Shown one piece after another: positions 52,020 through 64,000 of a stretch of DNA of 64,000 nucleotides (position 1 is its first letter; every line of letters starts with the position of its first letter). Made by a program: the position numbers and the translations under genes. This DNA is from Octopus sinensis (taxonomy: Eukaryota). The notes beneath the pieces are model-generated. The model did not search any database. It had not been told where the DNA came from and saw only the letters and a list, made by a program, of their open reading frames with translations. The stretch lies in NCBI RefSeq assembly GCF_006345805.1, contig NC_043005.1:13702001-13766000 (forward strand). Direction: 5' to 3'.

Positions 52020-52308
52020 TACACAATTTGAGGCTTGTTCAAGAGATTGTAAAAGAGACTGGGCATTGGAGAGTCCAGTTTGCTGGACATTGTTGTAGAG
52101 CTGAAAACGAGGTAATTTCTACTCTTCTCCCCTGGAAGCCATCTGCTCGCGTTACCAGGGGGCGCACACTCTCCTACCTTTATGTAATCTCCAAGAATAC
52201 AGACATCCAGCAACAGGACCTCTGTAATGCTATGATGGACCGTGAAGTCTGGCATAACATAGTAAATTCCATTGTCTCGTCCACAGTCTAACAATGATGA
52301 TGATGATC
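52020..52308 (+). mobile_element. RTE-clade LINE 3' end with (ATG)n tail
   Basis: WRVQFAGHCCRAENEVISTLLPWKP..RGRTLSY...AMMDREVW. Confidence 0.8.
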
Positions 52309-52734
52309 TACCTTCCATGTGTGAGTAACCTTGATAGAAATGTTCAGGAGAGGCTTTCTACAGTTAATAGAGTGATTGTGCAATTCACCGGAAAGAGAGA
52401 AAGAAAATTACTTCACCCGCGTGTTTTGTTTTAATAAAATTTTGTATTTATTATTTAGAATATTATCATAGATATTTTTCGTCAATTGTCAATATTTTAT
52501 AAATTTTTCATATATAGCAAAAGTTGTTTGCGACGTTTCTGGAATATGTGAACTTAGTACACAACCGCACCCCTACACTTCAAGAACAGTACAGACAAAG
52601 CATCGTTGACTCATACACATACACACACATACATCTGCACTTATATATTAATGATGTACACAAAAACATGACAGGTATACATAATACTGAAATATGCACA
52701 AAGTAAACACATACAAATATATTAATATACTCTT

Positions 52735-52975
52735 TACTCTCTTTTACTCTTTTACTTGTTTCAGTCATTTGACATTGGCCATGCTGGAGCACCGCCTTTT
52801 AGTCGAAGAAATCGACCTCAGGACGTTATTCTTTGTTAGCCTAATACTTATTGTATCGGTCTCTTTTGCCGAACCGCTAAGTTACAGGGACGTAAACACA
52901 CCAGCATCGGTTGTCGAGCGATGTTGGGGGACAAACACAGACACACAAACATACACACACACACACACACAGCCC
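52735..52975 (-). mobile_element. SINE family A, 3' half
   Basis: Family match. Confidence 0.9.
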
Positions 52976-53009
52976 GTGTTATTCTGTACCCATTATCAGT
53001 TGCAGCCAG

Positions 53010-54135
53010 TTTTTCAAGCTGCTATGATGTAAACACTGTTTGACAGGGGGGAGTAGTTCCAAGATCAAATATGAGACGTTGCTACTTTCGTTTCCTAGAG
53101 AAGGGGGTCCGTGGTGCAAGGCCATACCAGACACTGATAAATCTGCAATAGAATGATTCACAGTGTTGAAGTGGGTGGCGACATGTTGGCCTGGCATGTG
53201 TAGCATTATGCTTCTGATAGGCGCAGGAGTGGCTGTGTGGTAAGTAGCTTGTTTACCAACCACAGGGTTCCGGGTTCAGTCCCGCTGCGTGGCACCTTGG
53301 GCAAGTGTCTTCTACTATAGCCTCGGGCCGACCAAAGCCTTGTGAGTGGATTTGGTAGACGGAAACTGAAAAGAAGCCTGTCGTATATATGTATATTTAT
53401 ATATATGCGTGTGCGTGTTTATGTGAGTGTGTTTGTCCCCCCAGCATTGCTTGACAACCGATGCTGGTGTGTTTATGTCCCCGTTACTTAGCGGTTCGGC
53501 AAAAGAGACCGATAGAATAAGTACTGGGCTTACAAAATAATAAGTTCCGGGGTCGAGTTGCTCGATTAAAGGCGGTGCTCCAGCATGGCCGCAGTCAAAT
53601 GACTGAAACAAGTAAAAGAGTAAAAGAGTATATGTTCGCGAAAGCGATCCCCAAGGCGTCGCCCTGTTTCTCCAATGTAAAGAGCACCGCAGATTTTGCA
53701 TGTGATGCAATATATAAGATTTGCCGAAGTGCAACAGAAGTGGTGTGTTATGTGATATTGCTTCTTGGGCCCCTTGATGGTGGTAATATTGTTGATGTAG
53801 GAGCATGTGTTACATCGTCGGCGAGAACGTTTAAAGATTCCTGGTTGTGCAGAACTGGAAGCTGTGAAGCTTCTAACAAGGAGATTTCAAAGACTCCTAT
53901 GTTTTTTTTTAAAGACAAGAGAGGCGGTGTGGAAAAGATAAGGGTGGCTGTTTGGTTAGAAAGAAGAATGCGAAAGTTGTGGGTGAGGTTGTGCATTAGA
54001 GGGAGGATGGATGGGTGGTAGGTGAGAGAGAGAGTGAAATACCGTCGGTGAAAATGCGTGAAGATTGTAGGAGAGCTGCGATGCGGTTGATGACTCGGGC
54101 TCATTGGATATTCCACTCCTCATGGCATGTCCACT
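53010..54135 (-). mobile_element. Penelope-like element, linker + GIY-YIG, interrupted by SINE A (53221-53628)
   Basis: LTYHP..NFRILL..IFSTPP; RCNTCSYI..TTIKGP..ITHHFCCTSANLIYCITCKICGALYIGETGRRLGDRFREHI | RSI..HVATHFN..HSIADLSVSG..QRLIFDLGT. Confidence 0.92.
53221..53628 (+). mobile_element. SINE family A, full length
   Basis: Family match; splits the PLE frame at REHI|RSI. Confidence 0.95.
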
Positions 54136-54210
54136 GTACCTCTTTCACGTTTTTCTATATTTTTTTTTTAAGTCTTGCCGACGCAAAGCTAATAGATTAT
54201 TGCCTGATTA

Positions 54211-54244
<34 letters not shown>

Positions 54245-54259
54245 CGTGTGTTCTTTTAT

Positions 54260-54478
54260 TCCTTTATTTTGTTTTAGTCCCTTAACTGCGGCCATGCTGG
54301 AGTACCGCCTTTTAGAAATCTAAGAAATCGATCTAAGGATTTATTCTTTGCAAGCCTGGTGCTTATTCTATCTGTCTGATTTGCCGAAACGCCAAGTTAC
54401 GGGGACGTAAACACACCAACATCGGTTGTCAAATGATCATGGTGGGGGACAAGTACACACAAACACACACACACACAG

Positions 54479-54510
<32 letters not shown>

Positions 54511-54720
54511 TATATTTCAGCTGGCTTGAGCGTTCTAAGAGGTACTTAAGTTGTCAAGAACTCAAGTGTCAGTTAAACACATTTGAAATCTGATGAGGAC
54601 ATTATGTATGAAAGCGCTAATTTTGTTAAAATACCATAATAAAAAAACCTTATAGTCAGACTGTTTTACCTTTATTCAACTGATACACACACACACACAC
54701 AAACACTTACACACACACAC

Positions 54721-54791
<71 letters not shown>

Positions 54792-54932
54792 ATATATATA
54801 TATATATAATACGACGAGCTTCTTTCAGTTTCCATCTATCAAATCCAATCACAAGGCTTTGATCGGTCCGAGGCTACAGTAGAAAACATTTGCCCATGGT
54901 GCCACACAGTGGGACTGAACCCGGAACCATGT
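54260..54932 (-). mobile_element. Old SINE family A whose internal (CA)n holds a ~170-bp insert (54510-54680) with a hammerhead
   Basis: 3' half 54260-54460; head half 54810-54932. Confidence 0.8.
54586..54623 (+). ncRNA. Minimal type-I hammerhead ribozyme (stem II partly decayed)
   Basis: AAAT-CTGATGA-GGAC(ATTAT)GTAT-GAA-AGCGCT-A-ATTT. Canonical core, palindromic stem III AGCGCT, CUA triplet, stem I AAAT/ATTT. Confidence 0.65.
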
Positions 54933-55094
54933 GTGTGTGTGCAGCTGCAAACAAACTCTTCTGTTTGACATGACAAATAGCCAATGAAATTAGTGACAGG
55001 AAAAGCTGAAATTCTTTGAAACTAAAAGTGAACGGAACATTTCCGAAAACCTTTCGACAGTTTCATGTAAAGACACTGGAAATATCTTTTTGAT

Positions 55095-56885
<1,791 letters not shown>

Positions 56886-57478
56886 TATAAATGCTTCTGT
56901 GTGTGTTTGTGTGTGAGCATGATTTGGGGGTGGGCTGGGGACTGTCAGTGTGTGTGTGCCCATATTCGTAAGTATTTAAAAGATATCAGCTATTCAGATT
57001 TTACATACTAAATTTCTAATGTAAGGGAGATAATCTTCCTCAGAATTAGTAAAAGAAAGGAAAAGTTATGTCACCTTCTAGTATAATTATATGCGACGTC
57101 AGATCAACCAGAGCAGACATCGCTGAAATAAAAAAGAAAATTCGCATTACACTAATGATATGAAATAAAAAAATATACCGCAAATAAAATAGATTGGATT
57201 GTGCATGCAGCAGCAAACCGACTCTTCTCTCTGGCATGACAAATTACCAATGAAATTAGTGTCAGGAAAAGCTGAATTTGTTTGAAACTAAAAGCGGACG
57301 GAACATTTCCAGACACGTCTCGACAGTTTCATGCAAAGCCACTGGAAATACCCTTTCGATTTCGGAGTCTCCTGTTTCCAGAAGTGTAAAGCTTTCTCAT
57401 ATCAATAAAAAAAATTAGTAATACTTTCGCGTATTACTTAATTGTGGCTGATTGGCTGTGTGGTAAGTAGCTTGCTTA

Positions 57479-59484
57479 CAGACGGACGTCTTTTTTTCGG
57501 TTGCTTGATGTCACGTCTTTCGTCGTGAAATGTTGGACTTTTGAGGCTCGACTACAGGTAGGTGTTTGTTGTATTTTTTGAGGGCTTAGTGAAGTTTGTT
57601 GCCCTGTATTGAATATTTTTTGGTAAGCAACAGTCTCCACTCTGCTCCAGACATTTGCCTGCCTGTGGTCGTGAATAAAGACTCACTTTGAAGTGAGAAT
57701 TGTATTTTTGAGGAGTCGTAGCCCCTAGGCAAAAATTAATTTGTTTACGAAAATTGTCTTCGTGTCTGTGAATTTCCACTGGATTACCAAGGAGTACCAA
57801 GGCAGGAAGGATTATTTTTGCAGCTGGAGTACCTGTATCGGACTTGTGGAATTGTGTTGCCGTTGATTGAACTGTCTTCCTTCGTTCTTTTCTCTGCTCT
57901 GTCTTTCCGGTTTTTTTTGTATTTATTACTGAACTTTCATTTAGAACATTTGAACTTTTGTTGAACTCTTTTTTTGTTTCTTTGTGGTTTTAAATCATGG
58001 CAACAAAGAAAACCACTGTGCTGGAGTGGGAAATTGTGCCCCCCAAGCAGTGGATAGAGGACCGAAATGAGAGAATGGTGATGTTGAGAGCATACTCCAA
58101 GTCACTCGACACCATCAATGTGTTCTCAGGACGAAATTGAAAAAGAGTTGGCAGAATACCTACCAACTATCAAGTATATCGCAAGGGGTGCCAAATTTTC
58201 AACAGTGTGGTTACTGTTTGACTCCCCTAAAGAGACTAGTTTGTTTGCTAGTCAGCGCCTGGAAGGGGAAAAAATTTTGTTTTTCCCCACATATCGGGGA
58301 AGGAAATTGACAAGAGGCTGGGTGAGTGACCTTCCACCCGGAATAGAGCCTGAGTGGATAGAGGATACTATCCACCGGGGTCTGGGTGGAAGCAGAGCCA
58401 GGCTCTTGAATGTTAGAATGCAATGCTTCCTGTGGCTGATTGGGTGGGGTCGAAAGCAATTTTGACCCTATGGACACAATTAGCCAAAGATCTGGTCTTC
58501 CCAGATTTTCTAAAGATGGCCGGTTCTAGGTATCCGGTGACTCTTGAGGGGCGCCCCCCACCCAAGTGTCACCTATGCCTGGAATCGGGTCACATTAAGA
58601 GGAAGTACCCCAACTACCATGCAAGGGCACTGGAAAAGTTAATAGAGGAGGATGTTTTTTCCTCCAACGGAGTCTCCTGAGCATATAAAAAAGGGAGGTG
58701 TAGAAAAAGTCGAGGAGGAGGTGACCCCCTCGAAAGGAAAAAAAGAAAGAAGGTGGACAACAATGGTTGCCCACCGATGGATCCCGTGGCGGCGGGAGGG
58801 AAGGAGGGACCTCGCTCTCCCGACGCGAAAAAGGGGGGAAAAAGAAAAGAATGAAAAACGGGGCATCGCCGGCGGTTGCTGGTGCATCGGCGGCATGTTC
58901 CGAAACCACTGGAATGAGCGGCTCTGTCAGTGGGAATTGTGCCACTGACAGAGCGAGCTGAAGCCCCTTCCCGCGAGGAGAACCTGAAACCCGTCGTTTT
59001 CTATCTCAGGGAAGGGCCTGTCGAGAAGTGCTTGGACGGTCTTCCAGGCCGAGAACGATTGGACTCGGTTTGCATAGACTGTCTAGACTGGCCACCGCAG
59101 TTGGCTGCGGACGTCGTGAGTCAGAAGTAACCGTTCGAGGTCATGGTGACTTGTAATAAGACAGATTTTGCTTTCCTCTTTCCGGGCCCCGACCTGCCGA
59201 TGCAGGCTTTCCTGCAGGCGGCGTGTCATTTGCTTGATTGATCTTATAGATTGTGTGTATATTGAATAATTTATTATATATATTTTAATGGACTATTAAG
59301 TCCAATAATTGTCGTTTTCGGTGGAAAAAAAAAGAACAATGTTTTAGAGAAGCAGAAAATCGGCGGGCGTTTTCTGCCTTCTCTCATCAATATCATCCTT
59401 GTTTCATCATTCACCTCATCAATGTATATGTCCAGCCCGCAAGCTACACTTTGTAATGTTTTTATGGCAAATCTTAATGAAATA
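57479..59484 (+). mobile_element. ORF1-only L1/Tx1-like element (HAL1-like) with 14-bp TSD AAGTAGCTTGCTTA, inserted in a SINE A tRNA head
   Basis: TSD at 57465-57478 and 59485-59498. The SINE head precedes it and the SINE body follows. AATAAA at 59481-59486. Confidence 0.85.
57997..59241 (+). pseudogene. Decayed L1/Tx1-type ORF1 (gag-like, zinc knuckle), roughly 400 codons
   Basis: ATG 57997 MATKKTTVLEW; FPTYRGRKLTRGWVSDLPPGI; YPVTLEGRPPPKCHLCLESGHIKRKYP (CX2CX4HX4[C>Y]); basic low-complexity segment; C-terminal domain to TGA 59241. At least 3 frameshifts and 1 stop. Confidence 0.8.
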
Positions 59485-59879
59485 AAGTAGCTTGCTTAGG
59501 AACCACATGGTTCCTAGTTCAGTTCCACTGCGTGGCATCTTGGGCAAGTGTCTTCTACTATAGCCTCGATCCGAGCAAAGCCTTGTGAGTGGATTTGGTA
59601 GATGGAAACTGAAAGAAGCCCGTCATATATATATGTATGTATATATATGTATGTGTGTTTATATGTTTGTGTGTTTGTGTTTGTCCCACCCAACATCGCT
59701 TGACAACCGATGCTGGTGTGTTTACGTCCCTGTAACTTAGCGACTCGGCAAAAGTGACCGATAGAATAAGTACTAGGCTTACAAAGAATAAGTTCTGGGG
59801 TCGATTTGCTCGACTAAAGTCGGGGCTCCAGCATGGCCACAGTCACATGACTGAAACAAGTAAAAGAGCAAAAGAGTAA
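59485..59879 (+). mobile_element. SINE family A body (head at 57443-57478)
   Basis: Family match. Confidence 0.92.
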
Positions 59880-59949
59880 TTCTGCATTACTAATGTCTAA
59901 TTTAAAACAGAATGCTCATGAGCTGATAGTCTGTACAGACTCGTTACAA

Positions 59950-60172
59950 GAAGGTAAACACACAAACATCGGTTGTCAAAAGATGATGGTAGAACAGACA
60001 TACACACACACATATACGACGGTCCTTTTTTTCAGTTTCCGTCAACTAAATCTACTTGCAAGGTTTTGGTCTGCCCGAGGCTATAGTAGAAGACATTTAC
60101 CCAAGGTGCCACGCAGTGGGACTAAACACCAAACCATGTGGTTGCGAAGCAAGCTTCTTTCACACACCACGC
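59950..60172 (-). mobile_element. SINE family A, partial and diverged
   Basis: Family match. Confidence 0.8.
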
Positions 60173-60176
60173 GTAT

Positions 60177-60224
<48 letters not shown>

Positions 60225-60678
60225 GATAATATTTTCGACAAAAGGAAGGGTGGAGATCGATTTAAAAAAGCAATTGAAGATAAGAAAAACTATTAAAAGG
60301 AAATGAAAATAAAAGAACAATGAGTAATTTGTAAGCCACATCATACATTTTACATTTCAGAAACAAAACAGGATATGTATAATATAAAGACACATCTGTC
60401 TCGGTTACTCTTTTCGCAGATGAAATGTTTCATTGTGTTATTGACTAGGTTAAGTATATGATTGTGATCTGAAGACATGTTTCCGGCTTTAGCAAATTTA
60501 CTTACATCGAAGCAACTCCCAGACACATGTTAACACTTAATCGTCAATTACACATCATTGGATTAAATTCAGTTTGTTAAATGATCTCAGCTTGAATGCC
60601 GAACCGCTAAGTTATGGGGACGTGAACACACCTTGGTTGTCATAAATATATATATATATTATATATATATATATATAA

Positions 60679-60731
<53 letters not shown>

Positions 60732-60785
60732 TTATATATATATATATATATATATACACATACATACATATATACACACACATAT

Positions 60786-60816
<31 letters not shown>

Positions 60817-60821
60817 AATAT

Positions 60822-62919
<2,098 letters not shown>

Positions 62920-62929
62920 TATATATATA

Positions 62930-63100
62930 TATATACGATGGGCTTCTTTCAGTTTCTGTCTACCAAATCCACTCACAAGGCTTTGGTCGGCTTGAAGCTA
63001 CAGTAGAAGACACTTGTCCAAGATACCACGCAGTGGGACTGAAGCCGGAAACATGTGGTTGGTAAGCAAGCTACTTACCACACAGCCACTCCTACACCTA
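62930..63100 (-). mobile_element. SINE family A head half (matching 3' fragment at 60598-60640)
   Basis: Family match. Confidence 0.85.
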
Positions 63101-63109
63101 TCACAGCCA

Positions 63110-63676
63110 CTTGTTTGTTAGTTTTATTCTTTTCTTTCTAATTTTGGCACAAGACTAGCAATTTTTAGGAGTGGGGTAACTCGGTTATATCCACCTCAGT
63201 ACTTGGCTGGTATTCCGTTTTATCGTCTCCGAAAAGATGAAAAACAGAGTCGATATCGGCGTCATTTGAACTCAGAACGCAATGCCGCGAAGCATTTTGT
63301 TGGTCGTATTAAATTTTCTGCTAGCTTGCTCACTTGAACCTGATGGAATAATACTGGTTTCTAAATTTTCGGCACAGGGCTATCGGAGGAGAGTGTAAGT
63401 CGATTACATCGACCCCTGTGCTCAACTGGCACTTACGTTTATCGACCACGACAGGACGAAAAGGGAAATCGACCTCGGCGGAATTTGAACTCCGAACGTA
63501 GCAACGGGCGAAATATCGCTAAGCCTTTCGTCCAGCGCGCTAACGATTCTGCCAGCTCGCCGCTTCGGCTGGAAAAATAATACTGATTTCAAATTTTAGC
63601 AAAAGGCCAGTAATTTTGCAGGAAATACCGTTAAACATTTTGCCCGTGTGCTAACGATTCTGCCAGCTCGCCGTCT
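63110..63676 (-). mobile_element. Cluster of diverged SINE B copies and fragments
   Basis: Repeated aacgattctgccagctcgcc heads at ~63545 and ~63655; bodies at 63170-63330 and 63400-63560. Confidence 0.75.
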
Positions 63677-63690
63677 TGAACATATTGAAT

Positions 63691-63753
<63 letters not shown>

Positions 63754-64000
63754 TAATGATAATAATAATAATAAAATAAGCTTGCACTGAATAACAACAG
63801 AAAAAGAAGCCCGTACTGAATAACAACATGGATGGACTAAACCGGGCTCTCCATTCAAAAACAAATCTAATCCAATAACATCGGTGGAATTGGATAAAGG
63901 AACCTGGGGAAAACTTGAAGGAAGCGACCTTGTAACGAAGATACTAAGAAAAAAAAACGAAATTTTACTGCAATACAAAGTACAGCTTCTCCTACGCACG

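Overview
AT-rich, repeat-saturated eukaryotic DNA, most likely a cephalopod (Octopus-type) genome. This is inferred from the SINE repertoire and microsatellite density, not from a database hit. No host protein-coding gene, rRNA, true tRNA or CRISPR array can be supported, and most ORF-track entries are microsatellite or SINE artefacts. The window is a mosaic of (i) five tRNA-derived SINE families (here A-E); (ii) LINE fragments: CR1-group (one with a near-intact RT ORF), RTE, Tx1/L1-like and CRE-like; (iii) two Penelope-like (PLE) GIY-YIG remnants; (iv) DNA transposon fossils (Helitron Rep plus non-autonomous Helitrons, three Tc1/mariner, hAT, piggyBac-like and other MITEs); and (v) simple and compound microsatellites. 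The most interesting signals are these. First, a recurring class of small non-coding foldback elements abutting (TA)n tracts that carry minimal type-I hammerhead ribozyme folds, including a CCGAAGA core variant shared by two diverged copies. Second, a 2-kb ORF1-only L1/Tx1-like element inserted with a 14-bp TSD into the tRNA head of a SINE. Third, head-(184-bp body)x3 multimeric SINE arrays with a fixed junction. Also noted are an RTE C-terminus with three C2H2 fingers, a perfect 443-bp palindrome, and a locally templated inverted insertion.
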